NCBI GenBank assembly: GCA_900617105.1
Contig: UYFQ01000001.1
Location: forward strand, 1,178,001 to 1,242,000
From: Hydrurus foetidus
Taxonomy: Eukaryota
Direction of reading: 5' to 3'
DNA length: 64,000 nucleotides
Part shown: one piece after another, positions 1 to 9,667 of the stretch
Position numbering within the stretch: position 1 is the stretch's first letter
Layout: every line of letters begins with the position of its first letter
Notes under the pieces: generated by a model
Told to the model about the DNA's origin: nothing
Database searches by the model: none
The model's input: only the letters and a program-made list of their open reading frames with translations
Position numbers and translations under genes: made by a program

Positions 1-1169
1 GCGTGCTCGGTCAGCGTGGCGGTATCGATCTGGAAGAGTTCATCGCGCGGGTAGTCGTTCAAAATCGTTTCCAGCGACTTGGCGGCGTGGCTGTCGGGCA
101 CCACACCGGCACTGGTCATCACGTCTTCGGCGCGTTGGCGCACTTGGGGGATTTCACCCACCGAGGCGGCGTAAGCGGTGGAGGTGTACAGGCCTAAAAA
201 GCGGGTTTCGCCCACCACTTTGCCCGCACCGTCAAACCGCTTGACGGCGATGTAGTCCAGCCACGCGGGGCGGTGGACGGTGGCGCGGGTCATGGCTTTG
301 GTCACCAGCACCAATTCGCTCGATTCCAGCAGCGAGACGGCTTCGGGGGGCAGGCGGGTCTCCGTCGTTTGGGCGGTGCCGCGCAAGATGCCCAGGCCCG
401 AATCTGGCTGGGCTACCAAGCTCACAATGTCGTTGTCGCGCTTGAGGTCGTAATCGCGTGCGCCCAAAAAGGTGAAATGGCGGTCTTGCAACCAGCGCAA
501 AAAGGCCACGCCTTCTTCACGGTTGACGGCGGCGAGCGGTGAGGTTTCTGAGGCCGTAATCACCGATTGCACGCGCTCGAGCATGGCTCGCCAATCTTGC
601 ACGGCGCTGCGCACATCACCCAGCACCCGTGTGAGTTCGGTGGCCAGCACCTGCTGCTCAGCGGCGCTCACGATGCGGTCACATTCCACCAAAATCAGCG
701 ATTCCACCGGGTGGGTGTGTTCTGCCGCAGTGGCCGCTGCCACGGTGCTGACGCTGGCGATGTTGCCCTGCGCGTGGCGTGCCACGCTCATCAGCGGATG
801 CACCATCCAGTGCGCCGTGCGCCCACTGCGGTTGATCGCCATCGTCACCGAATCCACCAAAAACGGCATGTTGTCGTTGACGATTTGCACCACCGTGTGC
901 TCGCACACAAAGCCATCTTCAGCCAGCGTGGGGTTGAACACGCGCACCTTGGCGCTGTGGGCCGCACGCGGCGCATCCAGCAGCCGCCAGTGGGCGTTGG
1001 CCACCGCAAACAGCGTGGCCGGGCCGCGTGCAGCGATCTCGTCAGGGTCGGTGCTCTCGAAGTAAGCGGCGATGAACCCAGCCTGTGTCGCAGCAGCAGG
1101 GCCAGCGTGCTCAGCGCTATAAGTCAGAAGCTCAGTGAGAGGGGTGCTGGGGGTGGATGTTGTGGTCAT
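1..1169 (-). CDS. gdhB: NAD-specific glutamate dehydrogenase, large type (5' part; runs off the left edge)
   Basis: Manual minus-strand translation from ATG 1169 gives RVFNPTLAEDGFVCEHTVVQIVNDNMPFLVDSVTMAINR...HWMVHPLMSV, typical of the large NAD-GDH N-terminus. Absent from the ORF track, presumably because no stop lies in the window. Confidence 0.85.
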   Translation of the reverse strand, partial: MTTTSTPSTPLTELLTYSAEHAGPAAATQAGFIAAYFESTDPDEIAARGPATLFAVANAHWRLLDAPRAAHSAKVRVFNPTLAEDGFVCEHTVVQIVNDNMPFLVDSVTMAINRSGRTAHWMVHPLMSVARHAQGNIASVSTVAAATAAEHTHPVESLILVECDRIVSAAEQQVLATELTRVLGDVRSAVQDWRAMLERVQSVITASETSPLAAVNREEGVAFLRWLQDRHFTFLGARDYDLKRDNDIVSLVAQPDSGLGILRGTAQTTETRLPPEAVSLLESSELVLVTKAMTRATVHRPAWLDYIAVKRFDGAGKVVGETRFLGLYTSTAYAASVGEIPQVRQRAEDVMTSAGVVPDSHAAKSLETILNDYPRDELFQIDTATLTEH

Positions 1170-1295
1170 GCGTTGTCCTTGTTGTAGATAGCAGGTAACT
1201 CAAAGGTAACTGAAATTCTAGGGACGCAAACCGGGTTTGAGGGGGTTTCCTTGGTGTGCTCATGGCCTTATGCCGGAGTTGCATGGGGTGCAGGA

Positions 1296-1874
1296 TCAAT
1301 CATCCGACACCTCAGCAAACAGCTGCTCCGCCGTCACCTCCAGCGCCACACTCGCCAGCGTGACCGTTTCCCCACGTCCAAAGGGGTGCAGCACCCAGAG
1401 GCCGTCGGCGCCTAGGCGGTAGCAGTCCACGATGCGACTTTGTATGTCGATCATCACGTACTCTTGCAGGCTGGGCAGGCGGCGGTAGGCGGTGAATTTG
1501 ATGCCTCGGTCGTAGGATTCGGTGCTGGGGGAGAGCACTTCGATCAGCAGTTTGGGCTCGGACTTGACCAGGGGGTCTTTCAGGTCGCGGGCGCTACAGG
1601 TCACTACCACGTCGGGGTAAAAGTAGTTGTTGGCGGCTTCCACGTTTACCTTCATATCGGCCATGTAGGTGCGGCAGGGGGTGCCGGTGAGGTGTTGGCG
1701 CAGGGCCATGTAGAGGTTGCCGCTGACGGTGATGTGTCCATCAGCGGCACCGGCCATGGCGAAAACTTCGCCGTTCAGGTACTCGTGCTTTTCGGTTTGC
1801 TCGGCTTCCCACAGCAGGTAATCGACAGAGTTGAAGATGGATTCTTGAGCTGCCAGTCCCATAGCGGTTTCCAT
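1296..1874 (-). CDS. Uma2-family (DUF820) restriction-endonuclease-like protein
   Basis: KHEYLNGEVFAMAG, YPDVVVTC, EVLSPSTESYDRGIKF, LQEYVMID motifs. Confidence 0.9.
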   Translation of the reverse strand: METAMGLAAQESIFNSVDYLLWEAEQTEKHEYLNGEVFAMAGAADGHITVSGNLYMALRQHLTGTPCRTYMADMKVNVEAANNYFYPDVVVTCSARDLKDPLVKSEPKLLIEVLSPSTESYDRGIKFTAYRRLPSLQEYVMIDIQSRIVDCYRLGADGLWVLHPFGRGETVTLASVALEVTAEQLFAEVSDD

Positions 1875-1893
1875 GATGGTGTTGGAGTGCAGA

Positions 1894-3225
1894 TTATGCG
1901 GCGCTGGCTCGCACGGGGTAAATGCGCACCATCGCCACGAACACCGCGCTGCCCACCAGCAGCGTGGTGGCGGCGATTTCCAATGACAGCGTGAACCCTG
2001 CCCCCGCGCCGCTGCGCTGAATCAGCCACGACGCCAGCGGTGGCCCGGCGATTTGGCCCAGGCCGTAAATGGCGGTCAGCAGACCGATGACGCTGGGGGC
2101 CGTCCAGGGGCGCACGCGGCGTACCTCTTGCATGGCGAAAAACGTGATGGCAGTGAAGGGCAGACCCAGCAGCAGGCTGCTCAACGCAAAACCTGCCAAG
2201 GTGGGCCACACCACGCTGGTGACGACACCTACCGCTTGCACCGCATAGCATCCGGCCAGCAGCGCACGTCTGTCGCCTGATGCCGATATGCGGGTGGCAA
2301 GCAGTGCACCACCAATCACGCCCAGGCCAAAGAGGGGCCAAAACATGTCCAGCCACACCGAACCCGGCAAGGCGGAGCGGGCAATCACGGGCAGAAAAGT
2401 AGCGGTGATGATGTAGCCAAAACCCGCTAATCCGTAGGCGAAGGCCAACAGCGCAACCTCGGTGCGGCCTGCGCTGGCGGGTGAGGCGCTTGTGGGGGTT
2501 GCCGCGTTGGCTGAAGCAGCAGACGGTGGCTGTGCAATGTCATCAGCGTGGTGTTTGAAAATCGGCCACACCACAGCCGTCAGCAGCACAGCCAGCGTGC
2601 CAAAGATCAGCCAGCCGGTAGCAGCTGTCCATTGCACAGCCACCATGGCGGTGGCGATCAAGCCGCTGACGACGATGCCGCCACCCGGCCCGGTGTAGAT
2701 CATGCCGCCCATCGCTGGCACGTTAAGGCGTGCCAAGCGCCCCAAGCACCAACCTGAGGTGTAGACAAACACCACCGCGCTGGCAATGCCCGCCAAGAAT
2801 CGCAGCACCGGCCACGCTGCGGGCAGCGGCGTGGCCATGCCCAGCGTCAGCACGCAGGTGGCTACCAGACCCGTGCGTACGCAGGTGGCGGGCTGTACAG
2901 GGGGCAGGGTGCCGAGCAACCGCCACAGCATCGGCTGAAAGGTACACAGCAATGCCCCCACCAAATAGCCCACATAGTTGGTGCTGGCCAGCCAACTGGC
3001 CGCATGCAGGTCGATCACGCCGTCGTGCAGCATCATCGGCAGCAAGGGGGTGAAGGCAAAGCGGCCAATGCCCATAGCGACGGCCAACGCGGCGAGGCCA
3101 GCGAGGGCGACGGTCCAGCGGCTGGCTGGGGGTGCTATCCTGCCCTTAGCTGCGCTGTTGTGCGCCAAAGGAGTTGCTGTGTTTGTTGTTGTGCTTGCTG
3201 AGTGGGGTTTGGCGGATGAGGTCAT
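1894..3225 (-). CDS. YbfB/YjiJ-family MFS transporter
   Basis: AMGIGRFAFTPLLPMM motif and many TM segments; start set at ATG 3225 to avoid overlap with mnmH. Confidence 0.85.
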   Translation of the reverse strand: MTSSAKPHSASTTTNTATPLAHNSAAKGRIAPPASRWTVALAGLAALAVAMGIGRFAFTPLLPMMLHDGVIDLHAASWLASTNYVGYLVGALLCTFQPMLWRLLGTLPPVQPATCVRTGLVATCVLTLGMATPLPAAWPVLRFLAGIASAVVFVYTSGWCLGRLARLNVPAMGGMIYTGPGGGIVVSGLIATAMVAVQWTAATGWLIFGTLAVLLTAVVWPIFKHHADDIAQPPSAASANAATPTSASPASAGRTEVALLAFAYGLAGFGYIITATFLPVIARSALPGSVWLDMFWPLFGLGVIGGALLATRISASGDRRALLAGCYAVQAVGVVTSVVWPTLAGFALSSLLLGLPFTAITFFAMQEVRRVRPWTAPSVIGLLTAIYGLGQIAGPPLASWLIQRSGAGAGFTLSLEIAATTLLVGSAVFVAMVRIYPVRASAA

Positions 3226-3270
3226 GTTGATGGGAATTGTGCCTGTACGGGCTGCTGCTGAGGTGTCGCC

Positions 3271-4314
3271 ATGAGATCGCCCGTTTACGTGGCCAATCGC
3301 CATGAGTTTGACACAGTGATCGATGCCCGTTCACCCGCTGAATTCGCCATTGACCATATCCCCGGTGCCATCAATTGCCCGGTACTCGACGACGACCAGC
3401 GCCACACCGTGGGCACCATGTACAAGCAAATCAGCTCGTTTGATGCCCGTCGTATTGGCGGTGCGATGGCGGCTGAGAACATCGCCCGCCACCTGCGTGA
3501 AGCGTTTGCCGACAAACCCGCCAAGTGGAAACCTTTGGTGTACTGCTGGCGTGGCGGAATGCGCAGTGGCTCGATGACCACCGTGCTGCGCATGGTGGGC
3601 TGGGACGCTCAGCAGCTCTCAGGCGGCTACAAAGGCTGGCGTCGCCATGTGATTGACCAGTTGGAATTGCTCAGCCCGCAGTTGAACATGCGCGTGATTG
3701 CGGGTGCCACCGGCAGCGCTAAAACGCGTGTACTGCAAGCCCTGGCCGCGCTGGATCAGCAGGTGCTGGATTTGGAAGACTTGGCAAGCCACAAAGGCTC
3801 GCTCTTGGGCAATGTGCCTGGCTCGCCGCAGCCAGCGCAAACCGGGTTTGAAACTCAAATTGCGGCGGTGCTGGAGACTTTTGATCTGACGCGCCCGATT
3901 TATGTGGAAGCCGAAAGCCGCAAAATTGGCCGCCTGCAAGTCCCCGAGCCGCTGTTGATGCGCCTGCGTGCCAGCCCGTGCATCGAGATTGACGCAACAC
4001 CTGCTGCCCGCCAAGCCTACTTGTTGCGCGATTACGCCTACGTAGGCGACGACCGTGAGGCTTTGGCAAAGCAAATCGGGTTTTTAAAAGCGCTGCACAG
4101 CAACCAGGTGATGGCCCGCTGGGAAAGCTGGGCGCTGGCGGGGGATTTTGCAGCGCTGGTGCCTGAGCTGCTGACGCTGCACTATGACTGGCAGTACGCC
4201 CGTTCGCAGCGCAAAAACTTTGTGTCTTGGGCGCAGCGGCAGACCTTGCCCTGCAGTGATTTATCGCCCGAGGGGGTTGCTGCTTTGGCGCGGGCTGTGG
4301 TGGCCTTGCCTTAA
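3271..4314 (+). CDS. mnmH: tRNA 2-selenouridine(34) synthase
   Basis: Rhodanese domain (IDARSPAEF, YCWRGGMRS) plus P-loop-like GATGSAKT and EAESRKIG. Confidence 0.93.
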   Translation: MRSPVYVANRHEFDTVIDARSPAEFAIDHIPGAINCPVLDDDQRHTVGTMYKQISSFDARRIGGAMAAENIARHLREAFADKPAKWKPLVYCWRGGMRSGSMTTVLRMVGWDAQQLSGGYKGWRRHVIDQLELLSPQLNMRVIAGATGSAKTRVLQALAALDQQVLDLEDLASHKGSLLGNVPGSPQPAQTGFETQIAAVLETFDLTRPIYVEAESRKIGRLQVPEPLLMRLRASPCIEIDATPAARQAYLLRDYAYVGDDREALAKQIGFLKALHSNQVMARWESWALAGDFAALVPELLTLHYDWQYARSQRKNFVSWAQRQTLPCSDLSPEGVAALARAVVALP

Positions 4315-4352
4315 GGATGCCCTGAACAACCGATTAAAAAGGAGCGTTGTGC

Positions 4353-6677
4353 TCAATGCAAACGAACAGCTTTGACCTGTGCGAGATGTCGTCTGTAACG
4401 CTGTATACATGGTTTGTCTGACACTTGACTGCACATTGAAACGAGGGCCTTTATAGCGTCGTGATCATCTGGATGACTGTCCACTGCGCGCTTCAGTAGT
4501 TGGATCGCCTGCGTGTGCTGCCCCTGGCCGTTCAGCACAACGGCATAGACATAGGCAAACTGGAGATTGTTGGGTTCCAGTTTCAACGCGGCCTGCAAAG
4601 CATCCAGCGCCTCAGTGTTGCGTTGCTGGCGCAGCAAGGAAAGTCCCAGGGCATGGCGGGCAATGGCATCACGCGGATGGCGCTGTATGACCTTGAGGAT
4701 CAGTGCCTGGGCCTCTGCCTCCCTTCCCTGTGCACGGTAGACATCGGCAAGGTTCAGCGATGAAGCAGGCAGCGCTGGGTCCAGTTGAATGGCCTGCTCC
4801 AGTGCTGTCTGAGCCTGTGCCCAGTCACGCATATCCGCATAGAGCGTTCCCAGGTTGTTGTACGACTCTGGGCGGTCTGCATTGAACTGCTGCACGGCAA
4901 TGTATTCGGCAAGTGACTGCTCAAAATTGCGCTTGTCTTGGGAACTCCAGTCCTGGGAAGGTAGTCCCGCCAACCAGCGCGCGGCGGTGATGCGCACCCC
5001 TCTTACGGGGTCTGCCAACAAGGGAAGCAAGCGTGGCGCCCTGAACTCGGAAGGGTATCCAGCCAACGCCTCGGCCGCAGTCCGGCGTACCAAGGGGTCT
5101 TTGTCTGCCAGCAAAGCCGCTACCTCTTGCGCCGTCATGGAACCCAATGCTGGAGCTATGCGGGAAACCGCAGTTGCCCGCGCCATGGGGGATTGTTCCG
5201 GGTTGGTGATGATTCGGTACAGCAACGCCAGCGCATCTGCATCGCCCTTGTCGCTGGCTGCGAGTGCGTCCAGCAGTGGCGTGAACCGGGTGCCCAGTGC
5301 CGGATACCAACGCAGCGCCCATTGGGCCGCCCACTCGGCGCTTTTGTCCGTATGGCATTTGGTGCAGGCATTTGGATTGCCCGTTTTCAGCGATAGGTCG
5401 GGACGCGGCACCCGAATGCTGTGGTCATGCCGTGGGTCGATAGTCATATAAGTCGTGGTGGGCATGTGGCAGGCAGCACAACTGGCGCCCGAAGAATTCA
5501 GCGCATGGAAATGGTGGATGCTGGTGTTGTACTTGGCTGGTGCATGGCACCGAAAACAGACCTGGTTGCCCGGTGCTTTGAGCTTCTGGGTATGCGGGTC
5601 GTGGCAGTCGCTGCAAGTGACACCCTTTTGGTACATCTTGCTCTGCTGAAACGACGCGTAGTTGTAGACCTCTGCCTTCATCTGGCCATCGCCCCAAAAC
5701 AACCCTTTGTCCAGCAGCGAGGGCTCGTGGCTGTCCAGCAGCGGTTTGCCGTGCGTATAGTCATCGCTGATCTGGCTGCGATGTGAATGGCAACGCGCGC
5801 ACAGTTCCACCTCCTTGCGTTGCGCGGCTGGCACTGCACTGCTTACAGCATTGCCCGTGTCGGGCTGCACCGTCCAATGCACGCCCTTGCGCTCGTTCAG
5901 CCGCTGGGCCAGTCCGTGGCTGGTGTCGGCAAGGCGCAGCGGGCTGGACTGCCTCGCCCAATCTGCATGGCGGGAACCGGGGCCGTGGCAGCTTTCGCAG
6001 GCCACATTCATCTCAGCCCAGGTGCTGCGGTAGCTGCGCGTGGATACATTGAAGTTTTTCTTGAATTGCGTGGTGTGGCATTCCAAGCACATGAAGTTGG
6101 CATTATTTTGCCGCCCGGTCCAATGCAGGTCTTCGCCCGCGTGTACCTGTTGCCCGGCATGAAGTTGGAACCAGCGCTGGCCACCCTGTTCCTTGGCCCG
6201 TGCGTCCCAGGCAATGGTCAGCGCCTGCATGCCCTGGTTGGGCATGGGTACCAGGTACTGTTGCAACGGCGCGAGCCCCAGGATGTGTGTGACTTCAAAT
6301 TCCTGCATACGCCCGTCTTGCCCATCGGTACGCACAAAAAACCGCCCGTCACGCTGACTAAAGACAGAGGTAACGCCGTTCTCTGTTAACCGCTCACCTT
6401 TGAAAGGGGCCAGCACGGTCGCCGGTGTCGCGTGCTGCATGGCCAGTGCATGGTGGGAGCCCTGCCAGGCTTGGTATTGCGACTGATGGCAGGAGGCACA
6501 CACTTGAGCGCCCACATAGCGGGCCACAGGTGTTTGTGCGCCACCATGACTGCCAATTGGATAGATACCGGCAGGCACTGGGTACCCTGCATGCATACCC
6601 ACGAACAGCAGCACGCCCAATACGGCTGCGCCCACCCACCAGAAAAGCATGCGCAGCCATGATCGTGCTTCAAACAT
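4353..6677 (-). CDS. Multiheme c-type cytochrome with HEAT and TPR repeats
   Basis: Eight CxxCH motifs (CASCH, CLECH, CESCH, CARCH, CSDCH, CFRCH, CAACH, CTKCH), N-terminal hydrophobic segment, HEAT-like DPLVRRTAAEALA, TPR-like PESYNNLGTLY. Confidence 0.88.
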   Translation of the reverse strand: MFEARSWLRMLFWWVGAAVLGVLLFVGMHAGYPVPAGIYPIGSHGGAQTPVARYVGAQVCASCHQSQYQAWQGSHHALAMQHATPATVLAPFKGERLTENGVTSVFSQRDGRFFVRTDGQDGRMQEFEVTHILGLAPLQQYLVPMPNQGMQALTIAWDARAKEQGGQRWFQLHAGQQVHAGEDLHWTGRQNNANFMCLECHTTQFKKNFNVSTRSYRSTWAEMNVACESCHGPGSRHADWARQSSPLRLADTSHGLAQRLNERKGVHWTVQPDTGNAVSSAVPAAQRKEVELCARCHSHRSQISDDYTHGKPLLDSHEPSLLDKGLFWGDGQMKAEVYNYASFQQSKMYQKGVTCSDCHDPHTQKLKAPGNQVCFRCHAPAKYNTSIHHFHALNSSGASCAACHMPTTTYMTIDPRHDHSIRVPRPDLSLKTGNPNACTKCHTDKSAEWAAQWALRWYPALGTRFTPLLDALAASDKGDADALALLYRIITNPEQSPMARATAVSRIAPALGSMTAQEVAALLADKDPLVRRTAAEALAGYPSEFRAPRLLPLLADPVRGVRITAARWLAGLPSQDWSSQDKRNFEQSLAEYIAVQQFNADRPESYNNLGTLYADMRDWAQAQTALEQAIQLDPALPASSLNLADVYRAQGREAEAQALILKVIQRHPRDAIARHALGLSLLRQQRNTEALDALQAALKLEPNNLQFAYVYAVVLNGQGQHTQAIQLLKRAVDSHPDDHDAIKALVSMCSQVSDKPCIQRYRRHLAQVKAVRLH

Positions 6678-6739
6678 GCTGGCATCCTACGCGCAAGATG
6701 ATGCCATTTTGCAGGGGCTTCCACACGAGCGGCGCGGTG

Positions 6740-6771
6740 GGCACCTTAGCCGCGCTGGCGGCTAAGGTGCC
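6740..6771. terminator. Perfect 14-bp hairpin overlapping the sulfatase stop codon
   Basis: GGCACCTTAGCCGC-GCTG-GCGGCTAAGGTGCC; no clear U-tract, so it may be a stability or processing hairpin. Confidence 0.4.
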
Positions 6772-8575
6772 AGCGGCGCACGCCATAAAACACGCCACCC
6801 AGCACGACCATCAACAGCACGGCAGCCGCCGTCAGCACGCCCGCCATCTGGCGCACCAGCACAGGCCAGTTGTTCTTTAACAGTTGGCGCAAGGGGTCGT
6901 ACCCTGCTGCTGGCTTGACCACGCCGTTGTCACGCATATAGCTTTCGTATGCGGTCAGCATGGCTTGCAGGCGCTGTGGTTGGCTACTGGCCAGATCAGT
7001 CGATTCGGTGAGGTCTTCACGCACGTTATAGAGATGCCATTGCCCATTGCTGAATGGCGGAACATTCCGGGAGATTTTGTAACCATCCAGGTACAGGCTT
7101 TCAGCGCCCGTTCCCTCAAAACCCGCAGCGTATCCCGGCGCATGAATGGTACTGGTGCGGCCTTCCAGAAAGGGCATCATGCTCGCTCCCGTGGGCCGCA
7201 TCAGCGGCTTGCCGTGGTACTCCTCGCCTGGCATCGGTATGCCGGCAATGTCCAGCATGGTGGGTAAAAAGTCAGTTGCATAGGCAAACTGGTCTGTCAT
7301 GCCACCCGGCTTGATGCGCTGGGGGTAGCTCACGATGAAGGGCACCCGCATGCCGCCCTCAGCCGATGTACCCTTGAAGCTGGCAAACGGCGTGTTCGAC
7401 ACTTCAGCCCAGTCCTGCCCGTAGTGCACATAGCTGCCTTTCTGGCCTAGGTTGTCAATGCCCAGCGCAGAATTGGTGGCGTACCAAATGCGAAATGGCA
7501 GGTTCAATTTATTGAGTTCGATGGCATCGGCGCCGTTGTCGGACATCACGACAAACACGGTGTTGTCCAACTGGTCGATTTTTTTCAGGTAATCGCGCAG
7601 GCGGCCGATGTGCTGGTCTGCGTTGTCCAGCATGCCAGCAAAGACGGCCATTTTCTTGGCATACAACTGCTGGTCTTGCGCGCTCAGGCTTTTCCAACTG
7701 CGCTGTTGCAGGGCCTGGGGCAGTTTCAGGCCCGCTGGTACCAGTCCCATCTGGACCTGGCGCTGGTAGCGTTCGGAGCGAATGACTTCCCAGCCCGCTG
7801 TGTAGCGGTCCTTGTATTTCGCGATATCGACATCCGGTGCCTGCAGCGGAGAGTGCACAGCCTGCAGGGCGATGGTGGCGAAGAAGGGTTTCCCTTTGTC
7901 TTTGCCCTCACCGACGAACTGGATCATCTTGTCCACGTAATTGCGGTTGGAGAAGAAGTCAGTGGGCAACACTGCACGCTTTCCATCCTCCCACCAGATG
8001 GCTTCCATGTTGAACGGGGCATAGACCTTGGCCTCGTAGTTATCAGCCCCGGTTTGCTCCAGCGACAAGTAGCGGTCCCAGCCCTTGGCGGCGGGTGAAC
8101 GTTCCACGCCATCTCCCAGATTCCACTTGCCGGTGAAATAGGTTGCGTATCCGCCATCGTGCAGCAGCTGGCCCAGGCTATGGGCCTTGTCGCTCAGGTA
8201 GCCTTCGTAGCCTGGCTGACCTTTTTGGTTGTCGGCAATGACCACCTTGAGCGTGCCAGCCCCGGCGCGATGGTGGTCAACCCCGGAGTGCAGCATGGTC
8301 CGCGAGGACTCGCAGGTGGACGCTGTGTGAAAGTTGGTGAAGCGCACACCTTTATTGGCGATCTGGTCAATGTTGGGCGTTTGAATCTCGCTGCCGTAGG
8401 CACCTAAATCGCTGAAACCCGCATCGTCTATGAGTACGAATACGATATTCGGCCGTGCGCTTGCTAGACCCTGGGGTGCGGCCCAAACAGAGAACGCGAG
8501 TCCCAGCAGCACCATTCCAGCCATCCAATGTAAGGCCGGAATGGTGCGCTGCAGTGAATGCTTGGCGTGTGCCAT
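6746..8575 (-). CDS. Arylsulfatase-family protein, exported, with C-terminal membrane anchor
   Basis: RPNIVFVLIDDAGFSD, TPNID, GKWNLG, SDNG, EGGMRVP motifs; active-site motif reads CESSR rather than CxPxR. Confidence 0.88.
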   Translation of the reverse strand: MAHAKHSLQRTIPALHWMAGMVLLGLAFSVWAAPQGLASARPNIVFVLIDDAGFSDLGAYGSEIQTPNIDQIANKGVRFTNFHTASTCESSRTMLHSGVDHHRAGAGTLKVVIADNQKGQPGYEGYLSDKAHSLGQLLHDGGYATYFTGKWNLGDGVERSPAAKGWDRYLSLEQTGADNYEAKVYAPFNMEAIWWEDGKRAVLPTDFFSNRNYVDKMIQFVGEGKDKGKPFFATIALQAVHSPLQAPDVDIAKYKDRYTAGWEVIRSERYQRQVQMGLVPAGLKLPQALQQRSWKSLSAQDQQLYAKKMAVFAGMLDNADQHIGRLRDYLKKIDQLDNTVFVVMSDNGADAIELNKLNLPFRIWYATNSALGIDNLGQKGSYVHYGQDWAEVSNTPFASFKGTSAEGGMRVPFIVSYPQRIKPGGMTDQFAYATDFLPTMLDIAGIPMPGEEYHGKPLMRPTGASMMPFLEGRTSTIHAPGYAAGFEGTGAESLYLDGYKISRNVPPFSNGQWHLYNVREDLTESTDLASSQPQRLQAMLTAYESYMRDNGVVKPAAGYDPLRQLLKNNWPVLVRQMAGVLTAAAVLLMVVLGGVFYGVRRWHLSRQRG

Positions 8576-8685
8576 TTTTTTGTCTCAAGTAGTGGTATGC
8601 ACCGAAGTGTCTTCGCCTACATGTATTGCGTCAATCACAAATTTAGGTACCATTAATTGCGTTTTATGCAATTCAAAGGAATACC

Positions 8686-9594
8686 GTGGACATCAAGCGC
8701 CTGAACCATTTCATCGCACTGGCCGAGGAGGGCCGCTTCGCGCTGGCCGCCGCGCGGGTGCACCTCAGTCAGGCCGCCTTCAGTCGCAGCATCCAGACGC
8801 TGGAAGAGCGCATGGACTTGCAACTGTTTGACCGTGGCGCCAAAGGTGCGCGGCTGACGCCGGCCGGCGAGGTCGTGCTACAACGCGCCCGAGATCTTGT
8901 GCTCGACAGCCATTCGCTGCAACGTGACATTGCACTGGTCAAACACGGCGACCTGGGCGACATTTCCATCGGCGCGGCCCCGATCCCCGCTGCCGTGCTG
9001 ATACCGGACCTTTTGTGTCAACTGCGCCGACTCAGCCCCCAGTTGGTGAGCCGGGTCGTGTTGGGCAACCTGCCGCAACTGCTGCTGCTGCTCGATGCGC
9101 AAAAGCTGGACTTCTGCCTGGGTGACCCACGCCTTGTAGGGCGCAACCCGCGCTATGTCATGGCATCGATGGGCAAGCAGCAAGGCGGCCTCTACTGTCG
9201 CCGAGGTCACCCGCTTGCACGCAAGGGTTCAGCCGACAAGCAAGACCTGCTTCAATTTGGGGTGGCGTTGATTTCCATTTCACCGAGCTTGCGCGACGGC
9301 TTGTCCAGCGCCTATGGGTTTGCCACTGCCGCCGAGTTTCCTCTTGCGGTGGAATGCGATGACATTCACACCCTGAGGCATTTGGTGATTCACACCGATG
9401 TGCTGGGCATGCTGCCTCAGGCCATGGTCGAACGCAATCCAAAGTCTCTAGTGCGCCTGCAAGCTTCGGGAGACCACGCCAGCTATGCCGATGTGTATGC
9501 CATCTGGCTCAAGGGCCGCACGCTATCACCGGCTGCACAGCGGGCCATCGATTTGGCCCGAGATTTAAGCACCCACTTAGCTGTTATCTCTTAG
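8686..9594 (+). CDS. LysR-family transcriptional regulator, divergent from the sulfatase
   Basis: N-terminal HTH AAARVHLSQAAFSRSIQTLEE, LFDR, RLTPAG. Confidence 0.92.
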   Translation: MDIKRLNHFIALAEEGRFALAAARVHLSQAAFSRSIQTLEERMDLQLFDRGAKGARLTPAGEVVLQRARDLVLDSHSLQRDIALVKHGDLGDISIGAAPIPAAVLIPDLLCQLRRLSPQLVSRVVLGNLPQLLLLLDAQKLDFCLGDPRLVGRNPRYVMASMGKQQGGLYCRRGHPLARKGSADKQDLLQFGVALISISPSLRDGLSSAYGFATAAEFPLAVECDDIHTLRHLVIHTDVLGMLPQAMVERNPKSLVRLQASGDHASYADVYAIWLKGRTLSPAAQRAIDLARDLSTHLAVIS

Positions 9595-9667
9595 CATGCT
9601 GAACAACCGCTCTACAAAAAATCAGCAGCGGATTCACATGGGTTGCGTTTTTAAAAGCAAGCCAGTT

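Larger units (their letters stand above)
4322..9609 (+). repeat. 11-bp direct repeat CTGAACAACCG flanking the cytochrome/sulfatase/LysR cassette
   Basis: Copies at 4322-4332 and 9599-9609, each a few bp after a plus-strand stop codon. Confidence 0.55.

Noticed and set aside
3..1187. Plus-strand ORFs at the left edge
   Set aside because: Antisense to the glutamate dehydrogenase frame.
6740..6771. Hairpin containing TTAGCCGC as another copy of the island motif
   Set aside because: Only 8 of 11 contiguous bases match, far from the island; an 8-mer is expected by chance in 64 kb.
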